Of a stretch of 51,847 nucleotides of DNA, positions 17,721 through 26,134 are shown piece by piece. This DNA comes from Actinomycetes bacterium. GTDB lineage: Bacteria; Actinomycetota; Acidimicrobiia; Acidimicrobiales; JAMCPL01. Position 1 is the first letter of the stretch. Each line of letters opens with the position of its first letter. The stretch is taken from contig JAJZWK010000001.1 of the NCBI GenBank assembly GCA_021846725.1, positions 1 to 51,847 of the forward strand. The letters are read 5' to 3'. The position numbers were made by a program, and so were the translations under genes. The notes under the pieces are model-generated. The model did not search any database. It saw only the letters and a program-made list of their open reading frames with translations, and was not told where the DNA came from.

Positions 17721-17875
17721 TCTACTACTTGTGGCACCCTATTTATACCGCCGAAACACCTATCACTATGAGTTGTCTTGCTCATCAAACGTATTGCGAT
17801 TCTTGTATATTTTTATACCGTCAAACACGCTTCGCTACAAAGGCTAGGATTATGGTCAATATGAGCGAACAAGAA

Positions 17876-17925
17876 GTACGGTACGGTACGGGACAGGACA
17901 GGACAGGACAGGACAGGACAGGACA
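17876..17925. repeat. Compound pentanucleotide microsatellite (GTACG)3(GGACA)7
   Basis: Read directly from the sequence: GTACG x3 at 17876-17890, immediately followed by GGACA x7 at 17891-17925. The array ends 55 nt upstream of the gcvPA ATG. Confidence 0.95.
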
Positions 17926-17979
17926 GGACATAGGCTTTTATTATGGAGAGCACGACAAGAACAAACGGGATGATGAACT

Positions 17980-19521
17980 ATGAATACCTACATTCCTCAT
18001 ACTGAAGACGAAATAAATATGATGTTGGCCGAGATCGGGAATAAGTCGCTGGATGACTTGCACGCAACGATTCCTCCAGAGGTACTTTTGGAAGATGGGC
18101 TTGATCTACCTCTAGGTGTCAGTGAGGCAGATGTAGTGAGGTATATAGGTGAACTGGCTGACAGCAATATTGGTGGACATGCAGGTGCTAGTAAATATGT
18201 CAATACGACGCTCAAAGAGCAACGACCCCGGAGTCCCTATCCGTTGAATTCCTTGGTATGTTTTGCCGGAGGTGGCACATACGACCATTACGTACCGCCG
18301 GTCGTATCCAGCTTGGCATCAAAGTCAGAGTTTGTCACCTCTTACACCCCGTACCAGGCTGAAGTGTCGCAGGGAGTGTTACAGGTATTATTCGAATACC
18401 AAACTATGATGTCGCGAATTTCAGGGCTACCTGTTGCAAATGCTTCACTTTATGACGGCGCATCTGCTCTCTACGAAGCAGTAAACATGGCTGTATCATA
18501 CACCGATCGCCATGACATCTGGATATCTTGTGGAGTAAACCCAAGATGGCGCTCTGTACTAGATACCTTGGTAGCTGGCAGAAATATAAAAGTCCATCCC
18601 ATCAAATTGAGAGATGCATCTACAGATTGGAGTATCCCACATGCCTTGCCAGATTTATCACCACCTGCAGCTATTGTCATAGCTTACCCAAACTACTTGG
18701 GTGCGCTGGAAAACATAGAGCAGGCCAAGGAATTGGCAAACAGTCTTGAAGCCTTGCTCATAGTGGCATTCAACCCAATATCAATGGGAATGTTGCATAC
18801 ACCTGGATACTACGGTGCCGATATTGCAATTGCGGAAGGTCAGCCACTGGGAATCGGACTATCCTTTGGTGGCCCTTACCTTGGCATTTTATCTTGCAAG
18901 GAAGAGTATATGCGCATAATACCCGGAAGGGTCATAGGGGAAAGTATGGATAATCGCAATGGGCGGGCATACACAATGACCCTCCGTACGAGAGAACAAG
19001 ATATTCGCAGAGAACGTGCTACCTCCAACGTCTGCACCAACCAAACGCTTATGGCAATTACTGCGACAATCTATCTTTCCTGGCTTGGACCTGGTGGACT
19101 GAAAGAAGTGTCAAGGAGGTGTTATTCAGGAGCCCATTATCTGTACAAATTATTGTGTTCTATAGATGGTGTAGAGGCACTGTACAGTGAACCATTCTTT
19201 AACGAATTCGCCATAAAAATACCCGTGAACAGTGAAACTCTACTCGCAAGGCTGGCTGACGAGGGATTTCTCGGTGGAGTTGCGCTTGATGATGAATTAT
19301 GTGACGACAATGCATCTTATGTAATGGAAGCAGCAAATGATAATAATGTAAGTAGCAGTGGGCATGTCGACAACAGACCTGCTGGCAGTGAGTATAAAAG
19401 TAATAGACCTGGCGATAGCAGACCTGGCGATAGCAGAAGACTGCTCATTGCAGTGACAGAGAAACGAACGATCCAAGAGATTGAGTCCTACGCCCTATCT
19501 TTCGAAAAGGCTTTGCAATGA
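17980..19521 (+). CDS. gcvPA: Glycine dehydrogenase (decarboxylating) subunit 1
   Basis: MNTYIPHTEDEINMMLAEIG, SYTPYQAEVSQGVLQVLFEYQTMMSRISG and RREKATSN-like (RRERATSNVCTNQ) motifs are present. The stop overlaps the gcvPB start as ATGA. Confidence 0.92.
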   Translation: MNTYIPHTEDEINMMLAEIGNKSLDDLHATIPPEVLLEDGLDLPLGVSEADVVRYIGELADSNIGGHAGASKYVNTTLKEQRPRSPYPLNSLVCFAGGGTYDHYVPPVVSSLASKSEFVTSYTPYQAEVSQGVLQVLFEYQTMMSRISGLPVANASLYDGASALYEAVNMAVSYTDRHDIWISCGVNPRWRSVLDTLVAGRNIKVHPIKLRDASTDWSIPHALPDLSPPAAIVIAYPNYLGALENIEQAKELANSLEALLIVAFNPISMGMLHTPGYYGADIAIAEGQPLGIGLSFGGPYLGILSCKEEYMRIIPGRVIGESMDNRNGRAYTMTLRTREQDIRRERATSNVCTNQTLMAITATIYLSWLGPGGLKEVSRRCYSGAHYLYKLLCSIDGVEALYSEPFFNEFAIKIPVNSETLLARLADEGFLGGVALDDELCDDNASYVMEAANDNNVSSSGHVDNRPAGSEYKSNRPGDSRPGDSRRLLIAVTEKRTIQEIESYALSFEKALQ

Positions 19522-21065
19522 CAGAGCAACAACAAGAACAGACTTCCGGCTTTGGCTATGGAAATCATCTCAAAGGTAATAGAGATAATTTAGTAGCCGG
19601 AGGTAACGCCAGCAGTACTCCCTTAATGGGTGGTGACGAGGAACCACTTATCTTTTCACTCTCCAGCCCAGGAAGAAGGGCATTTCAGCTGCCGTCCACC
19701 GGCGTTCCAGATATTTCACCTGATACGAACAATATTGAACCTCCAGCACTCCCAGAAGTATCTGAGCGAGATCTGGTAAGTCATTATACCCGCCTTGCTC
19801 ACAGGCAATACTCAGTAGATCTTGGATTTTATCCGCTTGGCTCTTGTACTATGAAATACAATCCCAAGGCGTTCGATGAAATTGCAGCGATTTCTTCATT
19901 AAAAGACGTACATCCGCTTGTGTCCGCACAGCTGTCTCAGGGGTGGATGGAGATATTGTGGACACTGGAAAGGGCACTTTGTGCAATTACGGGCATGTCT
20001 GCATTTACTCTGCAACCGCCCGCAGGAGCAGCAGGAGAACTTACCGGTCTCTTGGTGGCCGGTGCTTACCATAGATCATTGGGAGAGCACCGTACAGTAG
20101 TTTTGGTGCCAGAGTCGGCACACGGTACCAACCCAGCCTCTGCAACCTTGGCAGGTTACCAAACGAAAACAGTAGCTACAGGAAGTGACGGATGCGTGAA
20201 TATGGCTTCGTTGGAGTCAGCTTTATCTGAAGATGTCGCCGCCATCATGCTCACCAATCCAAACACCATAGGCATATTCGAAAAAGACGTAGTGGAGATC
20301 TGTAGGCTTGTACACGAAGCAGGTGCACTTGCGTATTATGACGGTGCCAATCTGAATGCCATCATGGGAATCACTACACCGGCCAAAATGGGATTCGATA
20401 TAGTACATTTGAATACCCACAAGACGTTTGCCACCCCACATGGCGGAGGCGGTCCGGGAGCGGGTCCGGTAGGAGTACGTGCAGGACTCGACCAGTACCT
20501 ACCAGGCCCAAGACCGACACTTCAAGATGATGGAACTTATCGATGGGAGATACCAGAGTGCTCAATTGGTAGAGTTCATTCGTATAATGGCAACGCTATG
20601 GTGTTGGTAAGAGCATTAGCCTATATCCTCTCAAATGGAGCCGATGGTCTTAAAAGAGTATCCCAAATAGCTGTGCTGAATGCAAATTGGTTGCTCAAAA
20701 CTCTATCTGACACATATGAAGTACCCTATGGCAGCAGATGCATGCATGAGTTCGTGCTATCGGCATCCACATTCAAGAGGCGCTATGGAATAAGAGCTCA
20801 GGATATAGCAAAGATGCTACTAGATAGAGGAGTTCATCCTCCTACGGTTTCTTTTCCTCTCGTAGTGGATGAAGCACTCATGATAGAGCCCACAGAGACA
20901 GAAAGCGTACAGACGCTGCAGGACTTTGCTTCAGCCATGATAGAGATTGCCTCCGAGATAGAGGATACCAAAGGGGCATCTGCCAAGGCTGCACCCGAGC
21001 GTACTCCGGTCGGTAGAGTAGACGAGACACGAGCCGCCAGGCACCCCATAGTAGTAGCCGAATGA
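19518..21065 (+). CDS. gcvPB: Glycine dehydrogenase (decarboxylating) subunit 2
   Basis: LGSCTMKYNP, SAHGTNPASA and the PLP-lysine region HLNTHKTFATPHGGGGPGAGPVGV are present. Confidence 0.93.
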   Translation: MTEQQQEQTSGFGYGNHLKGNRDNLVAGGNASSTPLMGGDEEPLIFSLSSPGRRAFQLPSTGVPDISPDTNNIEPPALPEVSERDLVSHYTRLAHRQYSVDLGFYPLGSCTMKYNPKAFDEIAAISSLKDVHPLVSAQLSQGWMEILWTLERALCAITGMSAFTLQPPAGAAGELTGLLVAGAYHRSLGEHRTVVLVPESAHGTNPASATLAGYQTKTVATGSDGCVNMASLESALSEDVAAIMLTNPNTIGIFEKDVVEICRLVHEAGALAYYDGANLNAIMGITTPAKMGFDIVHLNTHKTFATPHGGGGPGAGPVGVRAGLDQYLPGPRPTLQDDGTYRWEIPECSIGRVHSYNGNAMVLVRALAYILSNGADGLKRVSQIAVLNANWLLKTLSDTYEVPYGSRCMHEFVLSASTFKRRYGIRAQDIAKMLLDRGVHPPTVSFPLVVDEALMIEPTETESVQTLQDFASAMIEIASEIEDTKGASAKAAPERTPVGRVDETRAARHPIVVAE

Positions 21066-21260
21066 CTACACACGCCCTGCAAGCCCTTGGCTTTAGCCAT
21101 GAGGAGGGTACCAATACCAAAATACACGGCATACGACTTACCGATTATGACGCTCTGACGGACAAATGTCTAATAATGCTTAAAGTATGAGCGGGTAGGC
21201 ATCAAGCTGAGGTAGTCAAGAGATACATAAGGCTGGTGCCGGATTAAAGAAGGGAAAAGT

Positions 21261-21399
21261 AGTTGGGGGGTAATTGCTGGAAGCTAGTTGGGGGGTGATT
21301 GCTGGAAGCTAGTTGGGGGGTGATTGCTGGAAGAGGCATCGACAGATCGGTAGCGATGGATTGAGGTGATTGCTGGAAGCTAGTTGGGGGGTGATTGCT
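21261..21399. repeat. 25-bp tandem repeat array AGTTGGGGGGTGATTGCTGGAAGCT (3 copies, a 31-nt unique insert, then about 1.5 more copies)
   Basis: Copies lie at 21261-21285, 21286-21310 and 21311-21333, with partial copies at 21365-21399. The array ends 5 nt from the stop of the minus-strand histidine kinase. Confidence 0.9.
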
Positions 21400-21404
21400 A
21401 GAGA

Positions 21405-23039
21405 CTAGGATAGTGGAATGCGTATAACTACTGCCGTTCCATCGATACCGCTCTCATGAGAATATATGGATACGGTACCGTGCATAGCTTCCACCAGTTC
21501 CGATACTATAGCTAGCCCAAGCCCCGTACCGCCGCCAGTACTTCTTGAAGTGTCCGCACGATAGTGTCGCTCGAATACATGAGCCAAGTCATCGACAGCT
21601 ATACCAGGTCCGTCATCCAGCACCGATATTATGGCTTGACCATTATCGATTCCGTAATTTAGCTGTATCCTACTACGTGCGTACCTCAGAGCATTATCTA
21701 CTATATTCCCGATCGACTGCACCAGACGTCCTTCATCGCCATTTACTACGATATTACTTGAGTGACTCGCGGCAGCAGACACGCCTTTATCATTGACTGC
21801 AATATTCTTCGGGTAACCATTGGGAGCCGCCCCCGAATACATCTCATTTCTGAACTCGGTAGGTACCAATTTATCAGTTGTATTACTTGTATTCCCAGTA
21901 CCACCCCCGATATATGCTACCTCTATTACGATGCCACGCTGATTTGCAACTGGCAGAAATATGCTCGCTACCTGTTGTACAACTGCCGATATGTCTACCG
22001 GCTCCATATCGAGTGAGAACCGTTTAGCCTGTAGGTGGGCTAGGTCAAGAAGGTCACGTATCAGTCCATCAAGTCGGTAAGACTCGTCTCTTATTATCTC
22101 TACAGCATGCGTGGTATCGTCTACTGCTCCATCAAGGATAGCCTCCGCATAACCGCGAATTGAGGTAAGGGGAGTTCGCAGGTCATGAGAGACAGAGAGA
22201 AGGAATTGGCGTTCGGACTGCTGTGAGTTGTCCAGTTGGGTAGCCATGTCGTTTATCGCATCAGCGAGGCTGGCTATTTCCCTGTAGTCACGTTGTGAAG
22301 TCTCCACTCTGGCTTCAAGCTCTCCAGAGGCCAGCCGGTTAGCGGTAGACACTACATTACTAATAGAACTTGCAAGCCGTCTGGAGAGAATCCAAGCCAC
22401 CAACCCGGCTACCAGAAGAGATGCCAGCCCGATTAAGATAAAATACCCCAGTCCGGTAGAGGGTGGTTTTATCTTGCGAGTCACCACCATAACGACAAGT
22501 TCGTTGGTTGCCACATGTAATACCGTATTTATACGGGTGGAGAGATAGAGGGGAACCGCAGCATATGCCAGATGGCCACTAGCACCTGCTATTGCGTATC
22601 CGTCAAGTAGCTTTTGCATATCAAGTTGAGACGCGCTCACACCCGGCGGCAAGGTGGTAAGTGGGGGAGCAATCTGGCCGTTAGATGAGATAGTAACGAC
22701 TCCTCCTCCTGAGAATCCAGCAGCAAGAAGAAGCTTTTTCGTATCGCTGACCCGTACATGTGGAGCTATTGCAGCTACCTCTCTGGCGTCGGTCAGAATA
22801 GATGAAGCCTCTGATGAAGTCGCAACATGACCCACTAGGACATAGGTGCCCAGCCAGGTAATAACAAGGGTACCCATGGCAATAAGCACCATAGATAGAA
22901 GTATCCTATAACGTAGCGACCCGGCTCTGCCTCCTCTGGGCGCGTCTACTCTACTGCCGACATTGAAGATGGAGCTGAGGTTCGTCAGCAGCTGCCGACC
23001 CGCTACCTGACCACTAGACACCTGTCTATCATCAGTCAA
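21405..23039 (-). CDS. Sensor histidine kinase (two TM segments, HAMP, HisKA, HATPase_c)
   Basis: Contains the H-box FLLSVSHDLRTPLTSIRGY, the N-box IVDNALRYA, and the G-boxes LDDGPGI and GTGLGLAIV. Two hydrophobic segments flank a loop of about 130 aa. It overlaps the upstream response regulator gene by 8 nt. Confidence 0.88.
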   Translation of the reverse strand: MTDDRQVSSGQVAGRQLLTNLSSIFNVGSRVDAPRGGRAGSLRYRILLSMVLIAMGTLVITWLGTYVLVGHVATSSEASSILTDAREVAAIAPHVRVSDTKKLLLAAGFSGGGVVTISSNGQIAPPLTTLPPGVSASQLDMQKLLDGYAIAGASGHLAYAAVPLYLSTRINTVLHVATNELVVMVVTRKIKPPSTGLGYFILIGLASLLVAGLVAWILSRRLASSISNVVSTANRLASGELEARVETSQRDYREIASLADAINDMATQLDNSQQSERQFLLSVSHDLRTPLTSIRGYAEAILDGAVDDTTHAVEIIRDESYRLDGLIRDLLDLAHLQAKRFSLDMEPVDISAVVQQVASIFLPVANQRGIVIEVAYIGGGTGNTSNTTDKLVPTEFRNEMYSGAAPNGYPKNIAVNDKGVSAAASHSSNIVVNGDEGRLVQSIGNIVDNALRYARSRIQLNYGIDNGQAIISVLDDGPGIAVDDLAHVFERHYRADTSRSTGGGTGLGLAIVSELVEAMHGTVSIYSHESGIDGTAVVIRIPLS

Positions 23040-23712
23040 GGCGATAACCTACCCCCCATACCGTATGTATATTAAGTCCATCACCCAATTTCTTGCGAAG
23101 CTGGCGTACATGAACGTCAACCGTTCTCTCGTCTCCGATCCAACTATTGCTCCATGCGCCATTCAGAAGTTGTCTCCTGGAAAGCGCTACGCCACGCCGC
23201 ATTGCAATAAACACGAGTAAATCGAACTCACGTGATGTCAAGTGCACTTCATTGCCGGATACAGTCACCGATCTGGCATCCATATCGATAGTGATGTCGT
23301 TAATGTGAATTATGCGACTGGAAGAGTCAGCCATCCTGGTAGATCTACGTAAGATTGCCTTGACTCTTGCCGTCAACTCCCTGGGGGAAAATGGCTTTAC
23401 GATGTAGTCATCCGCACCAATCTCGAGGCCGACAATCTTGTCGATCTCATCGCTACGCGCAGTAAGTATAATAATTGGGACATCGCTTGTTGCACGCAAC
23501 GTACGACATACCTCAAAGCCATCAAGATCCCCGGGCAACCCGATATCAAGTATAACCAAGCATGGATTCTGCATTCTGCAGAGGTCAAGGGCTTGTACAC
23601 CGTCGCCTGCCTGCAGGACTCTATAGCCAGCCTTGGAAAGGTAAGCTGAGGCAAGATCCGCTATATTCGAATCGTCTTCTACTATTACTATTGATCCACC
23701 GTCCGATGACAT
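23032..23712 (-). CDS. OmpR/PhoB-family response regulator
   Basis: The receiver domain (IVIVEDDSNIADL...VILDIGLPGDLDGFEV...IIILTARSDEIDKIVGLEIGADDYIVKPFSPREL) is followed by a winged-helix output (LTSREFDLLVFIA...RTVDVHVRQLRKKL...VWGVGYRL). I chose the start at MSSDGGS (23712). The track ORF extends to 23832 without support. Confidence 0.85.
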   Translation of the reverse strand: MSSDGGSIVIVEDDSNIADLASAYLSKAGYRVLQAGDGVQALDLCRMQNPCLVILDIGLPGDLDGFEVCRTLRATSDVPIIILTARSDEIDKIVGLEIGADDYIVKPFSPRELTARVKAILRRSTRMADSSSRIIHINDITIDMDARSVTVSGNEVHLTSREFDLLVFIAMRRGVALSRRQLLNGAWSNSWIGDERTVDVHVRQLRKKLGDGLNIHTVWGVGYRLD

Positions 23713-23862
23713 CTTCTCTAACAGTCTGGCACATTTTACGTCGGCAGTCATGACCACTTGATTTGTACATTTTCTGCCAGTGCAGTACGACCACAATGGA
23801 CTCGCCCAATGTAAACTCGCCAATGTAAACAATTATGATTACTGGATGCTAAGATATTTATT

Positions 23863-25239
23863 ATGCCGAGTGAGCAGAGCGAGCCGATGGTAGTAATCGC
23901 CGGACGTCCCAATGTAGGTAAATCAACCCTTGTAAACAGGATCATCGGACGCAGGGTTACGGTCGTAGAAGATGTCCCAGGTGTCACCAGGGACAGGCTG
24001 GAAATAAGCACTGACTGGCTGGGGATTCCATTTACTATTGTAGATACTGGTGGTTGGCAATCATCCGTCGACGGTTTGCAGGGTAAAGTATCGCAGGAGG
24101 CTAAAAAGGCCATAGAGTATGCAGATGTAGTCGTGGTAGTAACAGACGTGTCCGTGGGAGTAACCGATACTGACATGGAGATAGCTCGCCATGTAAAACG
24201 CCTGGATAAGCCAGCACTACTTGTGGCCAATAAATCGGACAATAGCCGTAGAGATATAGACGCATGGGAAATGCTCTCACTGGGTCTAGGAGATCCTATT
24301 CCGCTGAGTGCACTGCATGGTAGAAGAGTGGATGATCTTCTCGATGCAGTAGTAAAGATTATCGACAATAATGCTATAGAGCATTCAAACCATAAGCTGA
24401 AAGGAGAAAATATGACACTGACCGACACTACAGACACCAGCAAATTAGAAGAAACGTCAAACGGTGACTATCCCAGGATTGCACTAGTGGGACGTCCCAA
24501 TGTCGGAAAATCCACTCTGTTCAATTTCCTGATCGGGCAAGATCGTTCAATAGTACATGACATGCCTGGTACTACCCGAGATGCTGTAGATACAGTAGTA
24601 GAGACCGACAGTGGCACATTTTGTTTCATCGACACTGCCGGGATGCGCCACAAGGACTCAAAGGGAGGTAGGGTGGAGCATTTCTCTGTACTTCGTTCAT
24701 TGGATGTCATAGATAATGCCGATCTCGTGCTTATGCTGATAGATGCAACTGAGGGAATTACCAGACAGGACCAGCGTATAGTCGAACGGGCAGTACAATC
24801 AGGTAGTCCAGTAATTGTGATAGTAAACAAATGGGATATCGTGGCACACGATACGCGAGATGAGCTGATAAACAACATCGAAAATGAACTGGCGTTTGTC
24901 GGCGATCCCCCCATTATAAGAGTTAGCGCCAAAACAGGACTTGGCGTACAAAAAATATTCCCTGCTATCCAAGATGCACTCTCCGCGTATCACCACCGAA
25001 TCCCTACCGGAGAATTGAATCGCGCTCTCAGAATGATTCAAGAAAAGCAAGTAGCTCCCAGTGGAGCGAGGATAAAATTTATCGTACAGGGAGCTGTTGA
25101 TCCACCGACGTTTGTACTATTCACCAACAAAAGGCTGCCAGCCACATACTTGCGTTTCGTAGAAAGCAGACTAAAAGAACAGTTTGGCCTCGAACGCACC
25201 CCTATCAAGCTGAAGGTGCATACAGGCGACGGTAAGTAA
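23863..25239 (+). CDS. der: Ribosome-associated GTPase Der (EngA), two GTPase domains plus KH-like C-terminus
   Basis: Two P-loops (GRPNVGKSTLVN and GRPNVGKSTLFN), DTGG/DTAG motifs and NKSD/NKWD motifs are present. Confidence 0.93.
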   Translation: MPSEQSEPMVVIAGRPNVGKSTLVNRIIGRRVTVVEDVPGVTRDRLEISTDWLGIPFTIVDTGGWQSSVDGLQGKVSQEAKKAIEYADVVVVVTDVSVGVTDTDMEIARHVKRLDKPALLVANKSDNSRRDIDAWEMLSLGLGDPIPLSALHGRRVDDLLDAVVKIIDNNAIEHSNHKLKGENMTLTDTTDTSKLEETSNGDYPRIALVGRPNVGKSTLFNFLIGQDRSIVHDMPGTTRDAVDTVVETDSGTFCFIDTAGMRHKDSKGGRVEHFSVLRSLDVIDNADLVLMLIDATEGITRQDQRIVERAVQSGSPVIVIVNKWDIVAHDTRDELINNIENELAFVGDPPIIRVSAKTGLGVQKIFPAIQDALSAYHHRIPTGELNRALRMIQEKQVAPSGARIKFIVQGAVDPPTFVLFTNKRLPATYLRFVESRLKEQFGLERTPIKLKVHTGDGK

Positions 25240-25269
25240 TTTTGAGCATGCCAGGAATCTAAGGTAACA

Positions 25270-25467
25270 GTGGCTTGGTGTGAAGAGTGCAACCAGCGCA
25301 TAGATGATGATGAACTCGCTGAAGATGGTAAGTGCCCCGACTGTGGTTCATCAACCCTGGCTCGTAGGCCAATTCCGTGGCACTTCAAGCTACTGATTAT
25401 TGCTACAATCATCTACTTGGGGTACAGAACGTTCCAAGGAGTTACTTGGGTCATACATCACGTCTAG
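25270..25467 (+). CDS. Small zinc-ribbon membrane protein (hypothetical)
   Basis: 65 aa with a GTG start. It has CEEC...CPDC (a CxxC-x17-CxxC ribbon) followed by one hydrophobic helix (FKLLIIATIIYLGYRTF). No family name is known to me. Confidence 0.5.
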   Translation: MAWCEECNQRIDDDELAEDGKCPDCGSSTLARRPIPWHFKLLIIATIIYLGYRTFQGVTWVIHHV

Positions 25468-25540
25468 GCAATTAGTGTTTTTCGCTGGATTGCGCACATA
25501 ATCAGCAATGAGCGAGCACCTAACCTGCATTATTACGGCA
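25464..25540 (-). repeat. Dispersed intergenic element, copy A2 (inverted relative to A1/A3)
   Basis: The reverse complement CTGCCGTAATAATGCAGGTTAGGTGCTCGCTCATTGCTGATTATGTGCGCAATCCAGCGAAAAACACTAATTGCCTAG aligns with 14972-15050. It abuts the stop codon of the zinc-ribbon gene. Confidence 0.7.
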
Positions 25541-25562
25541 GTTTCAGCCACTTTGTTTGAGC

Positions 25563-25672
25563 TGTGGATCGTTTGGCACCAGTCACTGAGTGATCTTGGT
25601 TGGGCGATTGCGGACGGAGGCCTCGGTTACTCGGATGTGGATCGTTTGGCACCAGTCACTGAGTGATCTTGG
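25563..25672 (+). repeat. Pair of perfect 37-nt direct repeats TGTGGATCGTTTGGCACCAGTCACTGAGTGATCTTGG (25563-25599 and 25636-25672)
   Basis: Read directly from the sequence. The period is 73 nt with a 36-nt intervening segment. The pair lies 22 nt from element copy A2. Confidence 0.85.
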
Positions 25673-25689
25673 CCTGTCTGTGCATATTA

Positions 25690-25720
25690 TGTACACATGT
25701 CCCTATGGCAGATGTGTACA
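25690..25720 (-). terminator. Hairpin downstream of the Lrp/AsnC-like gene
   Basis: TGTACACAT (25690-25698) pairs with ATGTGTACA (25712-25720), a 9-bp perfect stem with a 13-nt loop, 58 nt past the minus-strand stop. There is no clear U-tract. Confidence 0.35.
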
Positions 25721-25777
25721 ATCATCCATAATGGCTACCATCATGGCTAAAGTGAAAAGTCTGCGCTCGGCAAATCG

Positions 25778-26014
25778 TCAGAGGTTGACCACTGGGCAGG
25801 TTGTTGTCCGGGTGATTCCGTCAATAAGCTGTATCTTGCTTACGACTAGGCGTCCAAGCTCATCCATCGACTCAGACGATGCTTTAACAACTACATCATA
25901 TGGACCTGTAACGTCATCTGCCTGTACCACTCCCTCTACTGACCTAGCCTGTTGCGCTACAGAGGCCGCCTTACCTACCTCTGTCTGTATAAGTATGTAA
26001 GCACTTACTGTCAT
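25778..26014 (-). CDS. Stand-alone Lrp/AsnC-type ligand-binding (RAM) domain protein
   Basis: 78 aa. AYILIQTEVGKAASVAQQARSVEGVVQADDVTGPYDVVVKA...ITRTTT matches the small AsnC_trans_reg-only proteins common in actinobacteria. Confidence 0.75.
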   Translation of the reverse strand: MTVSAYILIQTEVGKAASVAQQARSVEGVVQADDVTGPYDVVVKASSESMDELGRLVVSKIQLIDGITRTTTCPVVNL

Positions 26015-26134
26015 TGTCTCTTCTCCTTTGATACCATTGCCTTGAAATGATTCTCATCTGTCTAATAATTACAGTGTAGCTGCTATTTGTCGTAAAGTTC
26101 ACAGACCGACCAATATATGGCTTAGCATTGCATT

